Shown here: in pieces, positions 27,658 to 38,960 of the stretch | Layout: every line of letters starts with the position of its first letter | Numbering within the stretch: position 1 is the stretch's first letter | Origin: Camelus ferus | Taxonomy: Eukaryota | DNA length: 64,000 nucleotides | Assembly: GCF_009834535.1 (NCBI RefSeq) | Contig: NC_045697.1 | Location: 70,434,001-70,498,000, forward strand | Reading direction: 5' to 3' | Translations under genes and position numbers: made by a program | The notes under the pieces: generated by a model | Databases searched by the model: none | Told to the model about the DNA's origin: nothing | What the model saw: the letters and a program-made list of their open reading frames with translations, nothing else

Positions 27658-29391
27658 TTCCTTTAACAGGAATATTAATTTAAGAGTCTCTATAAGCCAT
27701 CACTATTTTGTGAGCATACAAGACAAGAGAGTCAGACAACTGTTAGTGGAAAAACGACAACAGTTCTACATCCATGCCAGAGATGCCTTACCCACGGAAT
27801 CAATGACCTTCAGAGCCCCAGACAATAACAGACATGCAAAACAAGCTTGACTTATCCTGGCCCAGTCCTATAAGAACAGCTTTGTGGTATCTTTCCAAGC
27901 ATTTGAAAAGTTCAGTTTGTGAGGACACTTGCTGATTTGAATAGTGAAATTGTAAGTCATCCATGGGATCAGGAACAGGATCACACCTGCTTTTGAATTA
28001 CACCAGGATGAAGCTATGGTCACTGCAACCCTGGCCTCAGGCATATAAAGTGATGATAATAGCTTGGGCAGGAGACCTGTATAATCTCCTTATCCATGAC
28101 CCACAGCAAGGATGTGAAGGCCTTGCTGGATTGAACACTGTGATGTGGAGGCTACATTCTCTCAGTAACATAAAGAAAAAAGACAATGACCTAGCTAGTT
28201 GGAACAAGAGAAAACACAAGGCCTTTATTATTCCCTAGGGAGAGGTATCAAAGGATGAAGAAGGCTGTGTATGTGCACTGGTTATCTAGATTATGATTTT
28301 CATCCCCTAGTCTGTACTATAAACCAGATAGCCAGAGCCAAAGGAGACTTTGTAAATAGGCCCATCTTAATAATTAAAAGTGGTAGTGTGCCGCTCTCCC
28401 CTTTGAAGATTTGGGTTGAGGAGAGATCCTTCAGTTTCCAGGAGAGCCAAGGATAAGACAACACTGACATGGTGAGATGGTTCATCTGAGAGTAAGCATT
28501 ATGTACTAGCAAAAGGAAGCTGGGTTATCAAGTGAACGAGAAAGGGACTGGAACTCACTTCCCATCCTTGTACACATTCACTCAATGGGAGAGTAATCAA
28601 CTACATGCAAAGAAATCAGCATTTTCCATTTTTCTAGTTTAAAGATAAAAGTCAATACTTGAGAACTAGAAAAATTAAGCTTCTACTGTACCATAAAATT
28701 ATTTAAAACAATACTATGGTTACTGAAATGGCAGCTCAAGCTTTTGCCACCTCTTTGAAACAGAAGCATGGAGAGGGGGCAAAGAAACATAGAAGCACTT
28801 AGTTCTGAGTTCTGTTCTTGCCCTGACAGTCCTCATTTGCTTTTGCATGGCGTTAAGTTTTATGAAACTCACCCACTTATCTCTATCCTTTTGTATAAGA
28901 ATTCTTCAAATTTGAGTAGGGGCAGGAAATTGGTGGTTTGGGCTTCTGGAAGTTTTGATGGGCTAACCATCATTCAGATTAAGATTCTGTGGTTGAAAGG
29001 ACCACTCTGAAAACTTACAGAAGAAAAGCCATATGAAAATCAAACTAGGCAAAGTGGGTTTATACAGTCTATTAGCAAGACTGCTTGGAAAATTCGTAGA
29101 GTCAAGTAAAAAACTAAAGTGGATTGCTTCTTTTCCTTACTTATTCCATTCCATTCCATTTTATAAAAACCGTGATAAATGCAGATAATGTTCTCTCTTT
29201 CAGGTCATTTCTCAAAAGCCCCCCAGTAAGCCCTTCAGTTGGGGTGGCTGTGCATATGAAACAGAAGGAAGATGAACTCAGTTTGGGGTCTCTCACTGAG
29301 AGCAGGCAGGGCAAACTACCATGACTTTAACCGAGCAGCTGAGAAGTTTTATTACCCAATCATAAAAAGGACCCTTTTAAGTGCTTCCCTT
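27610..29391 (-). other. DDIT4L: DDIT4L 3' UTR (~1.8 kb)
   Basis: Apparently repeat-free stretch running from the stop codon to a canonical poly(A) signal with a downstream U/GU-rich element. Confidence 0.7.
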
Positions 29392-29882
29392 TTAGCACTC
29401 TTCAATGACTGTGGTTCCAATCAAGGAATACAGCTTTTTTTTAACAAGTCGGAATCCTGAGCTCAGGATCACAGTTCGCCTGAGGCCAGAGGAGAAGCGA
29501 CCTCGACTAAAGAAAAAATCCCTGAAGCTCGTCCACGAGCAGTTGTCCTGCTTAAACACAAGGGTGAGCTCAAAAGTGGGCACCACGCTAGAATCACACA
29601 CAATCCTATCCAGCTTTTTACATACATTTTCAATTTCCAAGTTCACGTGCATAACGCAACCCCGCAGGCCGCAGGGCTCGGTGGAGGAAAGCCTCAGGAC
29701 GTCTTGAGCAATCCTCTGGGTCAGTTTCTCAGGAACAAGGACTTTTGAGCAACCGAGTTTGGTGTGCTTTGATTTGGACAGACAGTTCTCCAGCATTTTA
29801 ACCAAACTCTGGCAAGTTGTCTCCTCAAATATCATCTCATTGAGGTTGGGTTCAGGAACAACATAATCCCAGTAGTCAAAAT
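29392..29882 (-). CDS. DDIT4L: DDIT4L second coding exon, coding part of exon 3: RTP801 C-terminal domain, DFDYWDYVVPEPNLNE...GFRLVKKKLYSLIGTTVIEEC*
   Basis: ORF 29392..29967 contains the RTP801-family motifs EPCGLRGC, VPTFELTLV and LSSGFRLVKKKLYS. The acceptor is ttttctacag| at 29884-29883 with a long poly-T upstream. 491 nt + 91 nt = 582 nt = 193 aa + TAA. Confidence 0.97.
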
Positions 29883-30894
29883 CTGTAGAAAATGGAACTT
29901 CAAGATTAAAAAAAAAAAAAAAAAAAAATTCCAGGAGCACAAAAAACATACCATGAGATAGCAACATTAGTTATTTCTATCTATCACATCTGCCTGTTTC
30001 TAATATTTGTTTGGGAGTCATTTGATCTCACTTTACCATTAACTAGCTGTGTAACAGAGTGAGTCATTTGACCTGAGACTAAAAGTTCACCTATGAAATA
30101 AAGGTTTTGATAAATAGGATGGGTAGGCTATAACCACTTTTTAATAAATTTATGTGTACACACAATCTTAACGACTGTGTATCTCAAATCTGTTTATAGT
30201 TATCTTAGAATACTAGTGACTTTCTTTTCTTTCCTGCTTCCTTACTAGCTTATGGTTTTCTGATTTTGTTTTACAGAGACTGTACATTAGTTCTTGAATA
30301 AAAATGTTAATTTTTTTGACTAAGGATTATTACCTTTTCACTCTAAGAATATATGCATTTAATATTGTTAAATACAGAATTTTTGCTATTGTTCTTTAGT
30401 GATGAACTTGAACTTAGTAACTATATTAAACAGCAATTAAATGTGTGTTTTTCTTTAAAAGTCTTTACTGGAATGGCCTGTAGATCCCAATTTTAGCTTC
30501 AACCTCTTTGATTAAAAACTGCCCAAAGAGAAGACCTCTGAGGTTCGCAAGGATATTTATAACTGGCTGGCTACTTTTTTGTAGCCAAGCAAAACAAAAT
30601 AGTCCTAGGAAAACAAAATTAGATTTGCTCAAAGGAAAAGAGATAGCTCTGCATTTGGTCACCTACCTTCCAAATTAATCCAACCACTTGGCTGTACGCC
30701 ACACCACAGATAGTCAACTGAGCAGGGCACGGGCAGATGCCCTGTGGGCTCCCCACCCTAAGCCTACTGCACCTCATTGGCTATTGAGTTTTCCTCTCTC
30801 CACATCACGTATACACTTAGATCACTGGATTTTTTTTTTAATAACTAAATGAAACAAATGCACTCTGAATTATAAGGCTATGTATTTTATCTAT

Positions 30895-31045
30895 GTTGAA
30901 GATAAAGAATTTTAGAGCTTTGGCCTATAAAATTATTTAGATTATCGATCACTTCACCTTCTAAAGGAGGAAGGCCCAAAGATCTTAAGCAGTTTGTCTA
31001 TGCCCACAGCTCCTTAGTGGCAGAGCAGTGTGTTAATTTAGAAAC
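30895..31045 (-). mobile_element. MIR-like fragment in DDIT4L intron 2
   Basis: aggaggaaggcccaaagatcttaagcagtttgtctatgcccacagctccttagtggcagagc. Confidence 0.55.
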
Positions 31046-31114
31046 TGCTGTTTAAAATTGCAATGACAATATGTCCAGCATCACTGCTGTTTTAAAGTTT
31101 CCTTCTGGCATTAA

Positions 31115-31462
31115 AAATGAAATAATGGTTATATCCACAAATAGAATACTACTCAGCAATAAAAAGGAACACATACTGATAGAAGCAAAAGCATGGAATG
31201 GATCTCAAAATCCTTAGGCTGTGAGAAAGAAACCAGATATAAAAGAGTACATATTACATGACCCATTTTTATGAAACTCTTGAGGCACAAGTAATCTATA
31301 GTGACAAAAACCAGATCAGTGTTTCCCTGGGGACAGGGGAAAGGTTAAAGGGGGGAACTGATGGCAAATGGGTACGTGGGACTTTGGAGGCAGAGGGTGA
31401 TGGTAGTGGTTACACGGGTCAATATATTTGTTAAAATACACATAATTGTACACTTAAATTTC
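31115..31462 (+). mobile_element. Old L1 3' end (L1MB/MC/ME-like) in DDIT4L intron 2, antisense to the gene
   Basis: atccacaaatagaatactactcagcaataaaaaggaac...ctatagtgacaaaaaccagatcagtgtttccctgggg...ggtagtggttacacggg...ttgtacacttaaa. Confidence 0.85.
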
Positions 31463-31748
31463 ACCATGATTTCACAGCCATGTAGGGTAGAACATGTATA
31501 ACTTTCAAAACCAAAGAGCCTATTAGCCTCAGACTATACGGATGCAGCCCCTGGGATTTTAATTTTTGCTTCTTTTGTTTCTATCATGGAAAGAAGATGC
31601 TAAAAGTTTGGAAAGGAGTCTCTTTCAGATGGATTTTGTGGCACGTCCAACACTCAAGGAAGGGGTCGACACTGCATGCCTGCCACTCCCATCTATCCAG
31701 GGACTGCAGCCTTTGGAGGGAAGAGAAGGAGGCCGTTGGGAAACTCAC

Positions 31749-31839
31749 CATTTAGTAGGCTCCCGGGGTGGAAGCCACGGTCCAGCAACTCTGAAATGCT
31801 GGCCGGGTTCTTACTGCTCAAACTGCCAGTTGCAACCAT
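31749..31839 (-). CDS. DDIT4L: DDIT4L (REDD2/RTP801L) first coding exon, coding part of exon 2: MVATGSLSSKNPASISELLDRGFHPGSLLN plus 1 nt
   Basis: The translation matches the recalled DDIT4L N-terminus. ATG at 31839 lies in a strong Kozak context (ACCATGG). The donor is G|GTGAGT at 31748. The 91 nt end in phase 1 and join exon 3 as G+AT=Asp. Confidence 0.96.
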
Positions 31840-31888
31840 GGTCAACGGCTCTGTTTGCCTCGCGGGGCGGAACGGCCTTCCCGGGGTG
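31840..31888 (-). other. DDIT4L: DDIT4L 5' UTR part of exon 2
   Basis: Pyrimidine tract and acceptor tttgcctcctttttctag| (AG at 31890-31889), 49 nt upstream of the ATG. Confidence 0.8.
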
Positions 31889-32188
31889 CTAGAAAAAGGA
31901 GGCAAAAAGTACAGATTTGCAGAAGTAGGCAAGACGTGCAGAGGCTCCTAAAATGCCGTGCGTCCCCGGAGCGAACTACCCGAGGCATTCATTTTCCAGA
32001 AGGGAGGAACCGGTCTCTGCAACTCAGGTTTACAAAAGCCTGGCAGCGGAGACGCCACTACAGCCACATCCTGAAACTAATTCAGAGTTAGCAAAACTTG
32101 AAGCCAACTTGCCGAGCTGAGCTCACCCGTGCGCTCGGAGCAGTCCTCCCGCCCCTGCTCCCCCTACCCAGGCCGCCGCCGGCCTCAC

Positions 32189-32360
32189 CTGCTGGGAGTT
32201 CGCCGTGGCCGACGTGCTCGCTGGCGAAGCTGCGGGTAAACCGAGACAGGCAACCGTCTTCCGCAGCCCCCTCCCTTGGGGGCTCAGTTACCTGCAAACC
32301 CAAGCAGCGTTCGGCACCCTGCTCGCCCCCAGCCCACCCCCGCACCAACTCCACCAAGCA
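32189..32360 (-). other. DDIT4L: DDIT4L non-coding exon 1 (TSS approximate)
   Basis: Begins ~30 nt downstream of TATAAAG and ends at a strong donor CAG|GTGAGG (GT at 32188-32187). It is GC-rich, with no ATG inside the called interval. Confidence 0.7.
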
Positions 32361-32384
32361 GCATCGCCGCTGGGGCAGCCAGCA

Positions 32385-32470
32385 CTTTATAGGCCCAGCC
32401 TCCTCACCCTGCCCCGGCCCGCCCACCTGCACCGCCCCTCGTCGGCCCCCCCCCCGCCCCGCCCCTCCAG
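32385..32470 (-). promoter_or_regulatory. DDIT4L core promoter: TATA box plus clustered GC boxes (Sp/KLF)
   Basis: Minus-strand TATAAAG at 32391..32385, with several GGGCGG/GGGGCGGGG motifs at 32407-32465. Confidence 0.8.
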
Positions 32471-35400
32471 GGGTCGGGTTGCATTTCAACCCCGGCACTT
32501 CCAGCGGCGCTAGGCGAGCCGCTGGGAGTTGAGGATGAGTTTGCGGTAGGGTTCACACCTGCTGTTTCCTGGGTGGGCCACAGGTCACCCCGAGTGCAAT
32601 TCCGGTTGCACGACTCGCCAAAAACTGACCGCTCCCCTCCGCCGCCACCATCGTGGATTCTTTGGTGCGACCCCTCCCCCAGCGTGTGCGCACAGACACA
32701 CTACTGATGCCCGCGTTGAGGTTCGGTCCTGGGCAGCGGGAAGCTTTTAGCCCTTTGTCTGTAAACAAGACCGCAGGCTTTGCTCTGTCATACTGAACAA
32801 TTTGGCTGTATCTATTTCGATGTTCATTGAGCATCACTTTTGCACTTAGTCCTGACCTCTAACCGAGTCAACTCTACTCCGCGTCGCGTCCCGGGATTTC
32901 TATATCCTCCCCTCCCGCGTGCGGTCAGTTCTAGCTTGCCTTTCCCACATCCGAGGCTCTCCAGCATTTTAGGAAGGGTCTTCTCTGCACCCCCGCCACC
33001 CTTAGTATTGTTTCATCTGTGACTAATGCGTTTTCTCCGAGAGAAGGGTGAGCCTCTAATTAGACCTGGCTCCAGAGCGCCGGCAGCTTGAATGAAAGGG
33101 AGCCTGCCAAGAAACTAAACAAAACCATTAGTGGGATTTTAGCTGCTTCCACCAGCCCGGTCGCTGGGAGTAATTGTCATTCCCAGAGGCAGAAGTTCCT
33201 GGCGAGCCCTGTTAGGGGGAGGAACTTGGAGTTGGGCGGTCTTGAAGGGGCTTGGGGCAATGAAGATACAATGTTTTATGTCCTGCTAGGGATAATCCCT
33301 GTGAAGCTTGATGCTCAGTCCTGAACCGGAGACGGAGGAGCGTGCAGGGTCAACGTGCTCACCCAACCCATCAGCAAGAAGCCAAACATGTTTTCTCCCA
33401 CGGTTCCTAAGCCACCCTGTTCCCACTTTGGTGTGCCAGGAGAGACGATATGGTCAGAGTGAACGTTCCCAAAGACCAAAGAAGGTCGTGGGTCAGGAGA
33501 GGAAAAGAAGGGGATGGCTGGAGGGAGAAGATTGTTTCTACAAGTAGGAGGTTCTACTGTTGGCCCCTAATCCTTTAGGATTATGTGTACAAGGATCTGT
33601 AGGTTAGGGCCTTGAGAAGCCGTTTCAGCTGTCCAGGCTAAAAACTCTTAGCAAGAAAAACAACAACAGAAGGGGTAAGGAAGGTGTGATAAACAGATCA
33701 GTGGGAGGACACTGGGAGGCAGAGCAGCAGAAATTAAAACCAGCTTGACAGTCCATTTTTAACTCAACTCAGGCAGCTGCACTGCCTGAAGGTCAGGGGA
33801 GCCAGGGAAGGAGATGCTGATAGGCTCGTCTTTGAAAGCAGATTTCCACTTCTACTTTAACGATAGAAAAGGGGGAAATAAACAAGCCCGTTTAAGCCAA
33901 TTAAAAAGCAGTTTCGGTGACCAGTGTGTTCAGGACCACTGGATGGTCAAGGCGGGGATGGCAGCTACCTGGCAGTGTAGGCGCAGGCCACAGAGCCTCC
34001 TTTCCTTATCTGGGTGGCAGTGCATGTGAGGCTGCCTCTTACCTGCTTCTAGGAAGATGTATTAGGATTTATATAATGAGTGGTCTGAACCTACCACCAG
34101 TGAAGTAAAGACCTTACGCATTTCAATTTCCTTAGGGTATTTAGGCATAACTCATAAATTAAGTACTCCCAAAGGGCCACAAAGATTATTGAACCTTCTA
34201 GAAAGTAGCAGTTACTGTCAGCTCACCTGAGTTTAACTGAAATTTTGCAAAGCCCTTCGGGATTTTACTGCAGAAAATAATTCACCCACGTGCAAAAGAC
34301 TGACTGTCATTTTTTGTGGCTGAATGGGCCTTGCTCTCAGGAATTATAAGGTTTAAGGAATGACTGATACAGAACACATACCTGGGATAATTAGTGAAGA
34401 TGGTCCTTTTTTATCTACTTAAAGGGCAAAAAATTCTATCACCAGCTTACCTCTTTGCAAGGTTAAATAAATAGAGCTGAGTTTTAAAAGGGAACCCTAG
34501 AACAGAATTAGGAAAAACTAAGTGCCTGGTCTTGTCAAATGATGACACACTTAGTCGATTAGATTTTTTAATGCTGTGGATACAGTTAATTATAACTGAA
34601 AGTTTATACATTGGAGTACCTCAGGTGTTTATCAGGTGCAGTGATGAAGTACGTTACATTGCTGTTTTGTTATATCCTCTAATTAATACTGGAAATATAG
34701 TCTGTGAGGGTGCTTACTGGAAATAATAGTTGTATATGAAGAGAAAATTGAATTGAATACTTTGCCTTTCATACAGCAATGTATAATAACAAACTATGGA
34801 AAACATAAGCAAGGACTCTAACTTAAGCACGCTTGCTATTTTATTACAATGATTTTACTCATCCACCTTCCTGCAAAAAAGAGAAACAGCAGTAACAAAT
34901 GGCAACAGTATGTTCATCTGAAGTATATGTAAATATTTAAATTCCATGCTCCCTCATGTATAAATATAGTATTTATAATTTCATTGCTTACATAAAGTGT
35001 AAATTCAGAAATAACAGGAATATTGTAAAAAGCAAAAGATAATATGATGTTTTAATGTATTATTTTAGGAAATGCTGGTGTCTTGTGCATTTGTGATTTG
35101 GAGTGTTGAATATTTATTACATGTTCTGCCAGTCAGTTTTCTGTCTATATCCAGTACAAGCCATTGTTCCTGAGTTCTTATTAATACATTTACATTCAGT
35201 GTATTGCTTATTTCATTTCATAAACTATGACACCAGAGGAAAAATGACTGGGTTTCCTAATCTGTACAATGGATTAGGGGAGGATTTATAGGACATGGAA
35301 GTCGATCTGTACAATATACAAGGTCCCTTAGCAAGCTCATAGGGTTGTTGTGAGGGTTAAAAGAGAAATTCTTATAATCATTGCTAAATATTATCTCTTC

Positions 35401-36814
35401 TTTATAAACAAATCTGAGATCTTTAAGTGCACACTCTCTGGCTTTCCTTGGTTGTGCTAAATTTGTCAATCTAATATTCACATGAAGTCTTAGAACAGGG
35501 CCTGGTACACAGCAAGTACTTAATGAGTGATAGTTATTATTGTGACTATTGTTCTGAAATTATAATTTTCTGGTTCAGTGCAGTAAATGCTAGAGGGGCT
35601 AGATGGAGTTAGTGAAGTATTGCTAAAGCAGAACAAAATTTATTATCTTTCCTGTTTGCAGGAAATCTGGAAAATGTTTGCCCCTGGAAGTCTTTAGGAG
35701 AGCCTTTTTTTATTATAATACATGCATAACTGTGTGGGGAGCAGGAAGGAGATCTCTCAATGACACGTAAGAAAATAATGTGGGTAAAAAGTTATCTTGA
35801 TTAAATTTTTATTAATCTAGAAAATGGTTTTCTGGAAAAAAAAAAAATCCAGACATTTAGAATCATTGACTGCAGAACCACTCAATTGTGTCAAGATATA
35901 TATGACCCTCTGTTAACATTTTGGATGAGATATTTCATCATTATTTTTATTTGTCTTTGAGGATTTTCCACCCAATAAAATTTCCATTTAATCATTAAAT
36001 GTGCAATATGAGTTATTCTATGGAAGGCTAAAGGATTTTTCCATTAAGTAAAGTAACATGGAGACATTTTGTATAAGACAAAAAAAGGCCCAGTATAAAA
36101 TAATATGTAATACCTACCGCTGCTAAAAGCTGAAAGAATTCTCCAGTAGCAGAAGGCATTGCGTCTCTAAATTCAAGCAGAGAAATGGTTACCATAGTGA
36201 CTTATCTCTTAAAATAGTGGTATGATTTTTTTTCTCTTTATAAACAATGCTGTGTATTATCTCCTTTTAAACAAAAAAAGCTGATATGTTTAAATGCACA
36301 ATCTCTGCTTTTCCTTAATTATGCAAAGGTTTATGATTCAGCTGGCAGCATAAGGGAATGTCAGCCAAGAACATGCAGTAGGTCCTTGACATTTTTCCAG
36401 GGATACATCTTAACACCTTGCAAGCCTCAAATTTGAGAATACTGTAATAACACACCACTTCTCTGGAATTCTCATATGCATGAAGATAAGAGGAAACTAA
36501 AGTTTTACGTTCATGTAGATGCTGGTCCTTCATTGTTCCGCTCCGTGTGCCAGCCTTGCATCTTATTCTGTGCACAGCTTTTGTCATTCATATTTGTGTC
36601 CCAGAAAAATTACATATTGCTTCATAACATAAACCTGTGAGGTTGAAAGAGAAGAGAATTAAATCCAAGAATGCCCAAATGTGGACTAGATGGAAGATTC
36701 TGCAGAGTTGTCTTTAGAATGAGTCTGATCTCCATTCTGCAGATATGAAGCATATAAAGGTTGAAAGCTTGACAGAGTCACAGAAAGATTGCATTTTTTT
36801 TTTTTTGTCTTTAT

Positions 36815-37035
36815 GATGGAGTTGTTAAAAGTATGGACTGTGGCGCTCAACGGCCCAGGTGCATATCCCAGCGATGACACTAGCTGTATAAACTTCGATG
36901 AAATCCTTAACATTTCTGTGACTCCATTTCTGTCTTTAAAATGGGAATTGTAATAACTTTACCTACTGAAGGGCTTTTGTGGGGATTAGATGAGTTAATA
37001 TATGATGTGCTCAGTAAATATCAGCCATAATTGTA
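36815..37035 (+). mobile_element. MIR SINE
   Basis: ccttaacatttctgtgactccatttctgtctttaaaatgggaattgtaataac...ggattagatgagttaatatatg. Confidence 0.75.
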
Positions 37036-37371
37036 ATTATGAATTGTGCTCTGATTTTGAAAAATCCCAATGCCCTGGTGATATTTTTATGAAAAGGTAG
37101 CTAGGCGAGTGTTACATGTGTTCAAGGTGTATATAAAAGTGTATCTTTGGTACACATTCATTCATTAGTTGGATGACATTCAAGTCTTTGTTGAGTATTA
37201 ATTGTTAGGCACCAAGAATGAAGCAGAGTCCTTGAACCCAGGGAGACTAGTTTAGAAAGAAGTATAGACAAATGAACATAAGATTACAGTCAGTGTGCTA
37301 AGTTAGGGGAGGTACAGGGTGCTACGGCAGCACAATGATATAAGCAGTAATATATTCTGAAGGAGGATTTA

Positions 37372-37510
37372 TAACCTTGCTACTCACAGTGTTTCATGGA
37401 CCTGTAGCATGAACATCACTTAGGAGTTGGTAAGAACTGCAGAACTTCAGTCCTCAATCCAAATGAAACAGAATCTGCTTTTTAAAAATATCCTTAGGTG
37501 ATTCATATTG
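37372..37510. mobile_element. MER5A-like hAT-Charlie MITE
   Basis: gctactcacagtgtttcatggacctgtagcatgaacatcacttaggagttggtaagaactgcagaa...cagaatctgctttttaaaaatatccttaggtgattc. Confidence 0.7.
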
Positions 37511-37564
37511 AATTAAATCCAATTTTTGGATTAACTTTGCATTTTATTTTTTAGGAATAACCAT

Positions 37565-37905
37565 TTTGTTTTTATTTTTATTGAAATGTAGTTGACTTAC
37601 AATGTTAGTTTCAGGTGTACAGCAAAGCGATTCAATTATGCATATACATGCATATATACATATTTTTTCAGTTTTTTATCCATTACAGCTCATTACAAGA
37701 AGTTGAATATAGTTCTCTGTGCTATACAGCAGGTCCTTGTTGTTTATTATTATATATATAGTAATGTGTATCTGTTAATCTCAAATTCCTAACCTATCCC
37801 TCCCATCCATTCCCCTCTGGTATCCACAGTTTGTTTTCTATGTCTTGAGTCTATTTCTGGTTTGTAAATAAAATTTGTACATTTTTTATAGATTCCCCAT
37901 ATAAG
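37565..37905 (-). mobile_element. L1 3' end fragment (cetartiodactyl type)
   Basis: ttgaaatgtagttgacttacaatgttagtttcaggtgtacagcaaagcgattc...tagattccccatataagt. Confidence 0.88.
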
Positions 37906-38749
37906 TAAGTTTGTATTCAACTAAAGAAAACAATAAAGCCATCTAAGCATTTTAAAACATTTTCTGGGACAATTAATAAAAAATATGCAGTGAGTTCCTA
38001 AATATGCAAGGCTTGGCCTTGATGAAAGGTGGATTTCCAGCTGGGCAAGCATTTGTAGATTCTGTATAGTTCCAGTTGGACGTGATGGCCTTTGGCTTGA
38101 CTCTTAAAGCCATGAACAACTATGAGAAAACAGTCCAGGTTTCTGAGAAGACTATATTATAGAAAAATAAAATCCTGCTTAGTAAACTTGAGACATGATC
38201 AAACTATAAATTGTTTTTATTTGCTGAAATGGAAGCCAATTATATAACGTAAGCAATGGGCTTACATTGTAAATTGTATTTAAGATGATTGGTCTGTGAA
38301 ATGTTGTATTTGGAAACAACAAATTTGGAAGAAAGGGAGTAATATAGAAAGATATATGTCTTATTACTTCCAAATTGACTGGAGAGGTAAATACAGTTAT
38401 GCAAGTATTCATCTCTTCTGCTATAATCATATCATAAAATACACTCTAAAACATTGACTTAGCTTTTTGAAATATTGTGCTAGTGACTGAGAACTATTTT
38501 TATAGGTGATATATAGTAATGGAGGCTCTAAATCATAAACTGCTGAAGCAGCCTTTCAGGAGGTGTCAATATAGCTGTAAGCACTCGGAAGGACATTCTG
38601 TTGTGTGACATTACTGATGCAGCATATCTAAGGTGAGCAATAAATGATACTTGGCAAATTATTTACAGCAGTGCATAATTACCTTGGCAGTGGTTTAGAT
38701 GTCCATGTGCTAAAGACAAAGCAGTGCTCACCTCTGTATGTGGAGGAGA

Positions 38750-38960
38750 GCAGCACACCTTAATGATCTGACTGAGGGCTGTGACTCAGTCAGACTAGGC
38801 TTCAAATTCTGGCTCTGCCACAAGTAGGCATTATGAAATTAACTTCAGTCGTTTGAATCTCAGCTTCATCAACTACACTCTGGAAGATTCAATGAAATGA
38901 TGTCTGTTAAGGTTCTGGGAATGTGACTTGTACATATGAAGAGCTTGGTCAAAAATGGCC
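38750..38960 (+). mobile_element. MIR SINE (diverged)
   Basis: gtcagactaggcttcaaattctggctctgccac...gaatctcagcttcatc. Confidence 0.65.

Larger units (their letters stand above)
31640..32950. promoter_or_regulatory. CpG island over the DDIT4L promoter, exon 1, intron 1 and exon 2
   Basis: Abrupt rise in GC content and CpG density against a CpG-depleted, AT-rich background (judged by eye). Confidence 0.85.

Noticed and set aside
29405..29707. 100-aa + strand ORF
   Set aside because: Antisense shadow of the DDIT4L coding exon.
29883..29967. N-terminal part of the 191-aa ORF (MLLSHGMFFVLLEFFFFFFFNLEVPFST) as a signal peptide or single-exon gene start
   Set aside because: It is the intron-2 poly-T tract and acceptor read in frame; the true N-terminus is in exon 2.
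31840..32286. N-terminally extended DDIT4L from a near-cognate start, since the spliced 5' UTR frame is open for ~48 codons
   Set aside because: No upstream ATG, the near-cognate codons are in weak context, and open frames are expected in a GC-rich UTR.
32495..32515. CTCF-like motif (ttccagcggcgcta) upstream of the promoter
   Set aside because: The spacing is one base short of the CCASYAGRKGGCRS core; not supportable without a PWM scan or ChIP data.
32088..32532. Overlapping 102-144 aa Pro/Gly/Arg-rich ORFs on both strands
   Set aside because: Stop codons are scarce in a GC-rich CpG island; the ORFs cross the TATA box and show no recognisable domain.
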